DNA of 63,504 bases, filler included, from Reticulomyxa filosa (lineage: Eukaryota; Protista; Foraminifera): the NCBI GenBank assembly GCA_000512085.1. It is 12 parts of 12 records of this genome, joined end to end, with 100 filler letters (N's around TTAATTAATTAA, not from the genome) between each part and the next. Parts side by side here need not be neighbours in the genome. Positions count along the whole stretch, not along the records: positions 47,487 to 56,017 come from ASPP01002340.1; positions 56,118 to 57,211 come from ASPP01009115.1; positions 57,312 to 58,506 come from ASPP01003043.1; positions 58,607 to 62,088 come from ASPP01018463.1; 8 more parts are not named here. The stretch is one strand, 5' to 3'. The notes under the pieces were generated by a model that saw only the letters and a list, made by a program, of their open reading frames with translations, made no database searches and was not told the origin of the DNA. Position 1 is the first letter of the stretch; each line of letters begins with the position of its first letter. Shown here in pieces: positions 47,387 through 59,699 of the stretch. The position numbers and the translations under genes are program-made.

Positions 47387-50175
47387 NNNNNNNNNNNNNN
47401 NNNNNNNNNNNNNNNNNNNNNNNNNNNNNNTTAATTAATTAANNNNNNNNNNNNNNNNNNNNNNNNNNNNNNNNNNNNNNNNNNNNCAGAGTGATAATTT
47501 TAAAATTGAAATTTGCACATACTGACTATACAAGTTATCAGAAGATTAAATCAATAAAAAAGGATATTGAATACAGAAATAGCTAAAATATTGAACATCT
47601 ACCCTTTCCAATGTTATGGTAATATGTAAGCTTTTTCCAATAAAATTTCCAAATATAAAATTTAATTTATATCTATTCAATTTCACAAATGAGTGTGGTT
47701 AGAAAATGCTTTCCTTGTTTATTTCACTTTTGGATTGTTAATATTTACAGTTCCAAAACTTAATAAATTCTTCAGAAATTTCTTACAGCTTCCCTAAAGG
47801 TAACGATAATACTAATATTTCAAAATGAACTTCAAATATTAGTATATGTTAAAGTAAGATTCTTGCTTCTGTTTCGCTCTCCTTCAAAAAACAACTTTTT
47901 CAATCAAGTTGAAAATAGTATTTAAGTGATTTAAAATTTTTTTAAACTCTGGATTCGCTATTGCGTCTTTTCTGCTCTGCTTCTGTTTTTCTAATATCCA
48001 AAATTATAGCTTTGGAGTTCTTTTTTCACTAACTTTTTGTTCACTTTGTTGTTGTATTTTGAGTTAATTTGTGATTTTCTCCACTTGTTTCCTGCTTCTA
48101 AGTAATTGAGAATATATACACTTTAATTACATTTGCCAATATCTTTACATTTTTCTCAAATATCTTCAATATCGATTTAGATTTCAATGAATATCCATTA
48201 ACAGAACCAATCACCAATTGTGAATAATTCTTGCAGAAAAATTTTCCTTTCTAATGTCATTTCGCTTCAATATATTTTGTCGTTTATTCATTTGTTTGTC
48301 TTTTCCTCTTTTCTTTCATCTTACTTGTTTGAACTGGGATAATACTCAGTTCATAATTTGTATCTTTTTACTGTTATTGTAGTTAGATCCTTTCTTTCGA
48401 TTTGATAATCGATATATGACCTTATTCCGTTGTTTTCCATTATCCACACCTTCCTTTGATATCTTTAATTGATTAACCATCCAATTCTTAATTAATAAAT
48501 TAGGATCCTGGTAATTGATTGAGCATTGTCTTGTCGTTGCCTTTGCGGATTCTGTAAAATATCAACAAGGCATCACGCGAGCATATTGTGTGCTGTATAT
48601 TTGACAAAAATCACAATATTAAAGAAATTGTTGCTGAAGACATTAGTCCAGATGAAGATACTTATTGACATAATATTCGAATAATTCACAAATCAAAGAA
48701 ATTTCAGTCTGCCGTCCAAGTCTATTACAAGACGCAGAATATGATATGCAAATGAAACAATATAGTGTTGTTATTATATTATAAATTACATCAAAACATA
48801 ACAATCAAAGTACTTATGAAAACTAATTAAGAAGTAAAATGAAATAATCCAAAAAATTAAATGATATCGACAATGAAAAGTTAAATCTATAGACAAAACA
48901 AAGTTATTTCATCTGTCACTTGACAAGCAAATGCTTGTACTGTGTTCCAGTACTACCACAAAACGTTGCTATCAAGTATTACTTGAAGCATTATCATTCT
49001 TAATTGCGATAAGTCAGTATTCACACCAGATTTAATCACATAGGTATATAACACGTGATCACCTAAGCTTTTTGTGTCTCATATATTGCATGCTACTTAT
49101 CTAATAATACCTTCATGCTACACTGGAAAATAGATCTAATATCAAATACAATTCCAGATATATTAATTCTGGGAGAAAACATTAAGATGAAGTATTCTTG
49201 TCTACTATATATTCACACAAAGATATTTGAAACAATACAATACAAGTTTCAAGCATTATCATACAAATTGTGTATTTTTCAAATTGGAATTCCATTAGAA
49301 AGTAAGTGTGTATGTTTTTATATCGGCGAAACAATATTTGATGTTAGTATTAGTAATCTACAAATTTTGTAAAAGCGTAAAAATAAAGTAGTTTCATAGT
49401 TGTATTTTGAAGAATTTATATTGTAAAACTAGATATTTCATTATCTAAAAAAATTTTGAAAATTATTTCAACAATTTTCGTCTCAATAATGTCCGTTGCG
49501 AAAGCAGCAAAACATAAAGAAAAGAATTTTTTATTGAAATTTTTTTACTAGTAAAATTTTTTATAGATAAAAAAATGCTTATAAAATTTCATTTGATTTG
49601 TATATTGAATATCAATATTTTTCTACACTTCAACTTGGAAACAATGACTAATATTATTCAGTTTATCATCATATAGTCAGTTTAACAACATATTTGTCTC
49701 TTTCATTAATACTTCTGATCTGAAACTTCAATAAGTAGACTGGTTACAGAATTATTATAATCAATTCTGCTGTTATTTTCTTTTTTTTTTGTAAAAACTT
49801 GCTTAACGAATAATTTCGTATTGCAATTAGTGCCAGCTTGTATTTCTACAACAAAAAGGTTCATGCTTACACCATTAAAAATTGAGTTGGTAGTTGTATT
49901 ATCTCATATTTGAAGGCATTCTAAACTTTTTGGATTAAAATTAGACCAAAAAAAGTTGTGAGAAATTACCGAAGTGACCATAATGGATGCCAATGAACAG
50001 TTAGTTTACAAGAAAAAGTCGAGTGGCAAATTACCACGACTTTCAAGTGATTTGACCAAAAAAATTATTGACACGAAAATTAAGACACGCCGTATCTAAT
50101 GTCTTCCAACAGAATAAACCAAGGTCAAATTCAAAGGTGAAGACAGAAAAAAAAAATTCTCGGTTTGGATTCCAC

Positions 50176-52059
50176 TTATTGAGCGACAAAATCAACCATT
50201 TTTACATAGGTTTGCTCTTCTTTCTGTTTGTGCTTGTTTCTGCAATGAACAAAAGCCACACCACATCCAAATCCTAGTAATAATCCAATCAGAATAGCAA
50301 CAAACCACACCCACCATTCTGAGTTATTGCTACTATTACTGGTGTTATCTTGGCTATCAGAAGTATACGTCTGTCCACTGCCGCTTGCCGTTGTAATGGG
50401 CTGTACAGTAATGACCAGACTTCCGGCAGTAATATAGCTACTGATCTGATTGTTTAACTGAGTTTTATACCCGCTTTTGCCGACATAACTTTGCAAAGTC
50501 ACTGCATCTTTGTTGGTGTAAGTTGTCACAGCGATATCAAAATACGTACTGCTGTAACTGCCACTAATGCTATATCCGCTTTTGGTTTGATTTTTTACAA
50601 CTGACAAAGCATTGTTCCAAACTAATTGAGACACTGTTGTCCAGCTGCTTGTGACATATGCTACACGCCATTTTACCGCACAAGTTGTACAAGAACTGCT
50701 TGAAGCTGTTGTCGTCGCGCCACTGCCTGATGTTGGGGAACGGGTTGTCGCACCGCTTGAGGTCGGAGAACGGGTAGTCGCACCACTTGAGGTCGGGGAA
50801 CGGGTGGTTGGTGCAGGAGTAGTAGGAGTAGTTGGGGTTGTGTCAATACCAGTACTTCCATCATTTCCTTTTTGGAAAAAATTCATTATTTATTTAACTC
50901 ATTAAATAAAGACAAGATATCGTATAGCGCAAAACTCATGCAAAGGCCAGTAGATTGACTTCCGGTGTATCCACTAGGACAGTTAGTGGCAACGGCAGAG
51001 CTGCTCGATGCTTTCGTGTAAGGGTATTCACCAATGTAATTGCCAGGAGGATCATAGTTACACACCAAATATACGGCATAGTTGTACGAGTATCCCATCA
51101 TTGTTTGTGGATTGCAAATGGCATACCCACAGCCAACACTTGTTGAATCTGCCCAGACTACTTGCGTGTAGTGACCACACTGTTGGCCATTGGCACAAGC
51201 CTGACTGCTATACGTATAATATTGATACTCGTTATACCAATCTGAGATACCAGACTATTCACACAACAAACCAAAACCTTTTCAGAAACAAGGAATAAAT
51301 ACGCACACAACTTAATACAAAATAGAGTTTTTTTATTGTAGAATACGTCTTATGGCTAATCAAATTTGTTGAAAGTTAAAAAATTACAAGTGTATGCTCA
51401 CACAACAATAGCTTAACAATCAAAGTATCAATACTTTCAATACTGGCACTGTTGGAGAAAGAAACGTATAAATTTTCACCTGTTTTGTTTTGAAGCTCAC
51501 AATATTCACAATATTTGGTTAAAAAAATAAACTTTTTGTGTTGTTATTTACCGTATCCATTTTGGCTGTGACCCCATTTACCTGTTTTTATTTTTATATT
51601 CAAATTTTTTGCACTCTTTTTAATTAGCATTTTTTTTTAGTTAAAATAATCAAAAGACATTAACGACGAAACATTGAGCGGCGTAGCTTGCAGCAACATT
51701 AGCCAAAGTACTGCTCCAAATCATTTGTGTCATATCAGTTGCCATTGGTTGACTTCCCGTTTTGCCTATGTTCCCAAACAAAGATTTCAAATTTATATTG
51801 TAAGTTTTTGAACGTACGTGTGCCATGTATGTAGTTGTAAACCTAAGGCAGTATTTCCACGGTCAGTGTTGTGAGCATTCAAAATTTGGGTCTTGTCGGA
51901 GCTGCTCAACGTGTTGCTTCCCATTAAACGTCTGGCTGAGTGAGGAACTGACCTGTCAAAGTGAACCACACCGACACGATCTCTTACTATATCATTTATT
52001 GTGCCAGCTTGAGCCAAAAGCAAACTGGACACTGTCAACGCTACGTTAACCAACTTCAT
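50176..52059 (-). CDS. CAP/SCP (PR-1-like) domain type I membrane protein with Ser/Thr-rich stalk
   Basis: Signal peptide MKLVNVALTVSSLLLAQA; ILNAHNTDR, GENLY, WYNE, CGHYTQVVWA...VGCG, LVCNYDPPGN; TTRSPTSSGA repeats; TM WWVWFVAILIGLLLGFGCGVAFV. Includes ~30-nt and ~45-nt micro-exons near 51552-51581 and 51435-51479. Confidence 0.92.
50728..50808. repeat. 30-bp coding tandem repeat (TTRSPTSSGA x3)
   Basis: Three near-identical 30-nt units inside the CAP protein stalk. Confidence 0.9.
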
Positions 52060-52664
52060 AATAAAAATCCTTTATATGTGAAGAAAGCACTTGCACACTC
52101 ACAAAAAAAAACTTTACTTGTAGTCTGAAAAAATGTTTCAAACAAGTCAGAATTATATCATATTGTTCTACGAACTTTATGGTTGAGGTTAATAATTATA
52201 AATGTAAGTGTAGATGAAAAATGGTCTCTTTGGTAATCTCAAAGAATTTGGATCATGTAAATGCTTAAGTGGAAAACAGAAAAATATAGTGATGAAAAAA
52301 TATTATACATGGATAAAAAATAAAAAACGATAACCAAATGAGTATAAACTGGCATACTAGGCAATAAAAAAAGAATAAGAAAAGGCCAAAAGGGCTCTAT
52401 GAATATATGTTAGATCTCATAGAATGATTGTCTACAAAGAAAAAAACAAATATTACCTTAAACAAAAAAATTCAACAAACAAAAAGCTCCAAAATATATT
52501 CTCATCACAATAGTGTCAACCTTAACGTGGTTAATGACGAGGAAGGGAAAGATTCAACGTGTAAAAAAAGCTCAACACATTCAAACACCACAGGAAAAAA
52601 AGCCTGATCTTTGTTAATTTTTCTTTTTCAGTAAAAGTATCAATACCTTTCATTTTCATTTTTG

Positions 52665-55467
52665 ATGCAATTCGTCACTCTGAGAAACGGCTACAAAAAT
52701 GACTCGGACCAGCCGTGTGACGATTTGGATGAAGAGGATTCTCCAACAGAAATAGAGATTCCTAATAGTTCAGCGCCAACTGGGACAGGCAAACGTCCCA
52801 CATCGCTTTCAGAACGACGATCTAGTAACAGTGAAAATAATAGCGATCAACACAATCCGGAAGGGCAAGATATATTGGCAATATCGGAAGAGCACATCCT
52901 TGCACAAACCGGAAAAAAGATACCAACAAAAACGTATAAACTAAAAAGTAACAGCAAAAGCCGGGACGAGCCAAACCTCAGCGTTACCACCAGGCCGACG
53001 CAAGTGCATAAGCAGTTTTCGAAGAGATTCAAACCTAGCAAAGAAATAATAGCGGCCACGTCCACCATGGTGGAAAAAAAAAAGAAAGTACCCAAAATCC
53101 CAAAATCGCAGTGGGATGTAAGTTTTTTTTAAAAAAGGCAAAAAAAATTATTTTTGAGTAAATTTGCCTCCTTGTATATAAACGGATTAATAGTTGGACA
53201 AAAAAGCAGAGTCCGGTTTAAAACATCAAAGCAACTCCAACAAATTAGCAAATGAAAAAAGAACAAATGGTACTTTTTTAAATCATTTCTGAGCTTCTTT
53301 CTGTCAAAAACTTAGTTTTTTTAAAAAAAGCGTTAAGCCATAGACAACGCTTAATAAGCATGCAGAAGGCAAAAAAACACGAATCAGTTCGTGTCAAACA
53401 AGAAGCAGTGGGACAGAGTAATTTCTCAGAGAGCAGCCGGAAAAGTGGAGCCTTTGCTGGGATTGGAAAGGAAAATGGACATCTACGAAAAGAGAGTCTC
53501 AGCAAAGCCAGTGTAAAAGCTGAAAGGCACAATGGAGACAGCTCACTGTCGTCAGAAAATGTTGAAGACGTCAGTGAATTACCGATAGAAGAAGCCAACG
53601 AGAGTGATGCGGCGGAAGATAAAAGCATTGGCAATATTTCTGTAAGCGATAATGAACACAAAGACATCGAAGAAAAATCGAAACAAGATGGTAATGTGGA
53701 CTATCGCTTTCTTTGTTTAGTTGTTTGAAAAAGTTATTTCAATTGCCTGTGATTAAAAAAAACAAAAGATGATGGGCTCAAATTTTTGATTGAAAAGTTT
53801 TCGTCGCTCCAAAAAGAAATGGACTCGTTAGAGAAACGGAGTTTTACGCATACGTTTCCCTTTCTTAAAAACATCCCAACCACTAATGCAAATCCAAATA
53901 TTCCTTTTAAGAGGGATCCTTGTGGATATGGGGAAAAGAAAAAGGAAACTTTCCATAATGACGACGGCACTGCTAACCCTATAAAAACGAATGGCAATTG
54001 TCATCATGAGGATATTGAAAAGAAGGAGTCCAGTTTTTCAGTAGTTGAAAATAACACGTGTGCTATTCCCTCTCTCCATTTAAGTCAAATGGAACAAATC
54101 AAAAAAAATAGTCTTTTAGTTAAACAAGAAACTCGGTCTAGCATAGACAAACCAATGCACTCAAACAGTGACATGCTTTGCCATGAGAACACCCACACGC
54201 CTAAAACACCAAGATATTTGGACTCAGAAGGCAACAGCAAGCAATTTAAATCCGAAAACAAGACAAATGACTCAAATCATCTTGTAGCTACATCAAGTGG
54301 CAGCGTGCGTGAGATCGATGCTCCCTTGTCATTCGCATCTTTGGCAACTACCGGAAATGAAAGTAATCATTGCAAGGTAGAAGCAAGTTGCACAAATCGT
54401 GAACTCTTGGCAAAGATTGAAAACGTTAACGAGTTAAAAACAACCTCATTAAATGCGGATATTCATAATATGTTGTATACATTGAACAATCAAGTCGAAC
54501 ACTGTTGCCAACAAGTAAAATTAGAAAACGACAAAAATGAAGAATCAAGGACAAAATTATTTCACACGTTGGAAATTCAAAATCAGCATATATTACGGTT
54601 AATGCATCAAGTTGAAACGCAACAAAACGAAATAACGACGTTGCAAAACGTCGTAAAAGATCTTAAACAACAATGGAGTTTGAGCACTCAAAAAAACAGT
54701 CATATTAGTGCTTCATTCGAAAATAACAACTCCAAACAAGATATAAGTGGATCTAACACGGCAATCGAGCCAGCTGAAAAGATTGCTTCGGAAGATAAAA
54801 TATGTAATATTGTACCAAAAGTCAACCATGGAAAAAAATGTATGAAATATCTTTTATTATACAATAAAAATTGAATAACCAGTACTGTTTTTAACGCGTG
54901 CTTTATTTTTATTACCTCACTAGCACTCACAATAGGATCTAATGACACTACCAATTGTGGCAAGTCTTTGTTCAAGGTATATCATATGCTTCTCATGGCT
55001 GTCACATTTTTAAAACTTTTTGAATTAATAAACATTCATAAAAGGGGTCTTTGAGCGTTGATCACTATCTCGAGCTTCCTCCTCGAGCAAGAAAAATTTT
55101 GACACAAGAATTCGGACGAAAAAAGACAACTGATTTTATTGGAAATACAGGTACTCTTTTATTGTTATCACTTGGACTATTTTTTTTGCGTCAGCGAACA
55201 TGCATTACATTTGTTTTTTGCATAATTTGCGTTACAGATAAATATAATGAAAGTTTAACAAGCAAGTGCCGTGTACCTGTACCCTTTCCTAAGTGCGATA
55301 CCGAAAATTTTAATAATTTGAATATTCCTAACCATGTTAAACCCAACAAGACAACAATTATACTACTGACTCTGGAGATTCCGATTCCAACCAAGACAAT
55401 TCAGAAACGCAATTTAAGCCGCGGGTACGAGTGGAAAGATTCATGTGGGATAAAAATTGATCAATAG
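52665..55467 (+). CDS. Hypothetical low-complexity/coiled-coil protein, multi-exon
   Basis: Consecutive plus-strand open frames (52665-~53117, ~53344-53691, ~53770-54839 and later short exons) separated by GT-AG introns. Heptad region LEIQNQHILRLMHQVETQQNEITTLQNVVKDLKQQW. Confidence 0.65.
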
Positions 55468-56268
55468 CCGTATAACAATTATTTAATAGAGTTGTACAAA
55501 AAAATAAACAATGCATGTTTCTGAAGAACAGCAAAACTTTTAAGTTTTTTTAGTATTCTCGGAGCTAGAATTATTTGCGTGTTATCAAATTGTCTGTTTT
55601 GTTTTTTTAGTATGATTTGATCATTCGGATTTTGTGGAAAAGATGTTGCAAATGTGCTCAAAAATATACTTCTTCTATTCAAATCATCTACTAAGTCAAA
55701 TCACAAATGTAATAGATTTTTCCGAATCAGGTTTTATTTCTTTGGCAATTGTTGACAAAATTATTATTAAAATATTTCTTAACATGATGTGGATTACATT
55801 AATTGATATAATTTTAATCAATGTTTTTTTTCATGTAATCTTTTTCATTGTTGATTTAATTACAATTTTTACTTTTTATTTCTAATTATTTTACATTTCA
55901 AAGGATTGTTCTAGTGTTATACACAACAATATTTCTCTTTGATCATTTGCAATATAGTATCCTTCAGCATCCCTTTGTAGGGAAAGTCCCTATTATAAAT
56001 CCCCAACTACTAACGGANNNNNNNNNNNNNNNNNNNNNNNNNNNNNNNNNNNNNNNNNNNNTTAATTAATTAANNNNNNNNNNNNNNNNNNNNNNNNNNN
56101 NNNNNNNNNNNNNNNNNTTTTTTTTTTTTTTTTTTTTTTTTTTTATGGAAAAAAAAAAAAAATTATCATTAAAACAACGCACACATTTCAGTGTGATAAT
56201 TTTTTTTTTTTTTTTTTGGGGGTACCCTACCCCTTTGGCAAAAAAAAAAAAAAAAAAAAAAATGAACT

Positions 56269-56947
56269 TAGAGTTAAATGGTTGGTATCCGGATAACATG
56301 ATATACAGAATAACTCCCAAACTCCAAAAATCGACTTCGATACCGTACTCTTCGGACCCTAGAACTTCTGGCGCCACGTAATGAGGGGTTCCGCAACACG
56401 TGTGCATACTATGGAACGCGGCTGGCAGCTTGAGGTAATGGGCAAGTCCGAAATCGGTGATCTTGATCTTGCCGTCCTTGGTAAATAGAATGTTTTCGGG
56501 CTTCAGGTCTCGGTGCACCACATAGTGTTCATGTAGATACTTTAATGCTCGTGCCAACTTGCACGTGATCCAGGCAGCTTTGTCTTCTTCCACTCGCTTG
56601 TCTTTCATTTTCAACATTTGGTCGAACAGATCCCCGCCTTCGCATAACTCCAACACTATCTTCACTTTCTTTTTATCCTCGAACACGTCCACCGCTTTGA
56701 TCACTGATGGGTGTTCCATCGTTTGCAGTATCTTTATTTCATATTTTAATCCCACCAGCTCCCTCGGAGTCAAATGTCTTTTGTCGATTATCTTCACTGC
56801 AAATGCTTGGCTTGGCTCGCTTTTCCGATAACATTTTTTCACCACTGCAAATGTCCCGCTTCCTATTCGATCACCAGAAACGTAATAATCACTAAATCGC
56901 CCACGAATTACACTACTGCTTCCATTTCCATTTGGTTGGTTCCCCAT
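56269..56947 (-). CDS. CAMK1-like Ser/Thr kinase with N-myristoylation-type start (first exon; truncated)
   Basis: MGNQPNG..., IGSGTFAVV, AVKIIDK, ELCEGGDLF, HRDLKPEN, DFGLA, CGTPHYVAPE, DFWSLGVILYIMLSGYQPF. Confidence 0.95.
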
Positions 56948-57311
56948 TTTGTTATTTTTTTTTTTTTTTTTCTTCCCTTTTAGCTTGTTTTTAACCCTTG
57001 GCACCTCACTCTTCCAGTCAAGACGGATGTTACGCAAAAGTTTTTTAGACTAATATGCGCTCTATAGGGTAATTGCTTCTTCAAAAACTTGCTTTTTAAA
57101 GCTTGGTTTTCTGTATCCAAACAAACACAAAGGCAAAAGACCAGATACGGGTTCTGTCAAGGGTTTTTTTACAAAAAAAAAAAACAGCGGGAAAAAAAGT
57201 GTTAGCTGGACNNNNNNNNNNNNNNNNNNNNNNNNNNNNNNNNNNNNNNNNNNNNTTAATTAATTAANNNNNNNNNNNNNNNNNNNNNNNNNNNNNNNNN
57301 NNNNNNNNNNN

Positions 57312-58469
57312 ATTTGACTCGATTACGTATGACGTTTGATGAAGTCATTGACAACTTTGAGTTCCAAAAAAAGTTTGAACAAGTAATGCAATTGAAAGAG
57401 ATGCCAAACATCCAAACGCATGTGACGGATTTCTATGAGTTGAAAGCGACGAATGAGGCCATTGCGCAATTGGACAATGTGTTCGATCCGGACGGGGAGA
57501 TAATCACGTTCGATGAGAACGAAGACAACAAATACGTCAAGATCGATTCCATCGCGCTGCCCAATGACGAAGTCGGCGGAGCGGCTGTCGAAAACTCGCG
57601 TCTGCGAGGGGCCTCGGACAGCATCCACACAGACAGTGGGGAAGATCAGGGTAACCGACCTCACGAGATGCAAAAGTCAGAGGCAAATGTTTTTCGAATG
57701 GGTACTATTGACAGTACCAAAGAAGATTCATATTTCAACGTTATTTTTATTTTTTGCTAATTCAAAAAAAAAAAAAAAAAAAAAATGTAATGCTTGTTGA
57801 TGATACATTTGTCAATAGCAAGGCGAAGTAGAAGTATGGATAGATGACGATATCAACGCCGACGATGATGACGACGACGATGACGATGATGAAAATCTCC
57901 CGTATCACTTGCGAGAACAACATGCGAAACACTCGACCAGCCAACCCTTGTCGTTATTGGCACGTTTGTCGCATGCGGCCAGTGGCATCCGTCTGACGAA
58001 CTTGGGCGTGCCCAGAGAAAAGCAAATATCGAACCCACTCACACCCTCCGCCACTGCGAATAGCATCGCGTTTGGCGCGCCTCTCACGCCTCTTCATTAC
58101 CCAACCAGTCCTTTCGGAGTGCCCGTCGCATCGCCGAAAGTGTTTGAGTTTCGCACCAGTCAATCTCTCACCGGCGCAGGAGGTGTGGGCGCCACCTCTG
58201 CCGCTACCGTGGTTGCCGTTCTAGGACAGCAGCGAAGCAGTCTGCTGATGGCAGCCCTTGCCAAAAAGACGTCGACTAACAGCGACAACAATAGCCCCAT
58301 CATTACGACACCTAACGCAACGGCAGAGGTCACCGAAATCACCAGAAAACCTACGCTCGTCCCACTGCCCTTCCCAATGCCGTTGCCAAAGTTTTGGGGG
58401 CCCATTGAAGAGTCATTGCGTAGAACCTTTGGTCCAGGCATTACTTCTGACAATACTGCAAGTAGTAAC

Positions 58470-58506
<37 letters not shown>
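57312..58506 (+). CDS. Internal fragment of a hypothetical protein (two exons, S/P/T-rich, poly-Asn)
   Basis: GC-rich open frames 57314-~57739 and ~57819-58506 separated by a T/A-rich GT-AG intron. Ends in (AAT)n at the gap. Confidence 0.6.
58470..58506. repeat. (AAT)n microsatellite at contig end
   Basis: Directly visible; likely the cause of the assembly break. Confidence 0.9.
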
Positions 58507-58732
58507 NNNNNNNNNNNNNNNNNNNNNNNNNNNNNNNNNNNNNNNNNNNNTTAATTAATTAANNNNNNNNNNNNNNNNNNNNNNNNNNNNNNNNNNNNNN
58601 NNNNNNTAGAGGAGGAGGGGAGAGGAGATAGAGGAAAGTGAAAGTAAAAAAAAAAAAAGAAAAAGAATTTCTCTCTCTTTTAATATCATCAAACATACGA
58701 AAGGGGGAAGATCGGGCTGCATGTATTTATAG

Positions 58733-59699
58733 GCATCGCTACTTTCCGGACAACTTGGAGCACTTTTTGCAAAAGGCGAAACAAATAATGGTACAAGATT
58801 ACATGCCGGACAATGACGACATATTGAGGACGAGAAACGAAACCAATGGAATAGAAGAATTAGTGAGTGTCAACAACAACAAATATATATATTATATATA
58901 TATGTATATGTACATATATATTGAAACATATTCAACATAAAAAAACACAAGCATACATTATAACTTTTTAATTATCCACATTTTTTATGGTTTGCTCATT
59001 TTTATATGAAATAGATATTTGAAAAGAACGACACCGTGTTTCGCATTTATGACGTTGGCGAACAAAACACAAAATGGACATTCCAAATGTTCACTCAAGC
59101 GAATGCTATCATATTTGTCGCTGCGCTCGATCATTATCAATGTGTATCTTTCGAAGACGAAACCAAAAATTCTATGCACGAGGCACTCGAGTTATTTGAA
59201 TCAGTTTGCAATAGCAAGTGGCTCCGGATGACAGGTCTTTTTATAAAAATAAATAAATAAATAAATAATTTTATTTATTTTGTTTTGTTTTGAGAAAAAA
59301 AAAAAAGACTATATTTGAACAACATCTTATGCTTTGTATGTAGAAACAATATTGTTCCTAAACAAAAATGATTTGTTTCGCGAATGTATTGGCGCTGGAC
59401 GCTCTTTAAGTATCTGCTTCAGTCGTGAGGCGGGTTGGCTCGGTGAGGAGTGGCGCACTGTTTTAGATTACTCAGTAAAGCCAAACGTACACTATACGGA
59501 TGATCCCTTATTTGTAGATAGCTATAACACTGCCAAAGATTTTATTATAGCACAGTTTTTGAATTTAAATCGGGTGGAAAATAAAAGGATTTACACACAC
59601 GTCACGTGTGCAACTGACACACAGCAAATCAATAATGTTGTGTGGGACGTTCAACACATTGTCATTAGAAGTAATTTGAAAAAAGGAGGGTTTGTTTGA
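58733..59699 (+). CDS. Heterotrimeric G-protein alpha subunit, 3' part (atypical switch II)
   Basis: Exons ~58733-58862, 59015-59234 and 59344-59699. DYMPDNDDILRTRNETNGIEE, FRIYDVGEQ, AIIFVAALDHY, NSMHEALELF, ILFLNKNDLF, IYTHVTCATDT, NLKKGGFV*. Confidence 0.93.

Noticed and set aside
55969-55994. NF-kB-like site / small inverted repeat AGGGAAAGTCCCT
   Set aside because: Single short match in a non-animal genome at a contig end; no support for function.
57312-59699. Contig 57312-58506 as the N-terminal half of the following G-alpha
   Set aside because: Separated by a linker, and no P-loop or other G-alpha motif is visible in the first contig.
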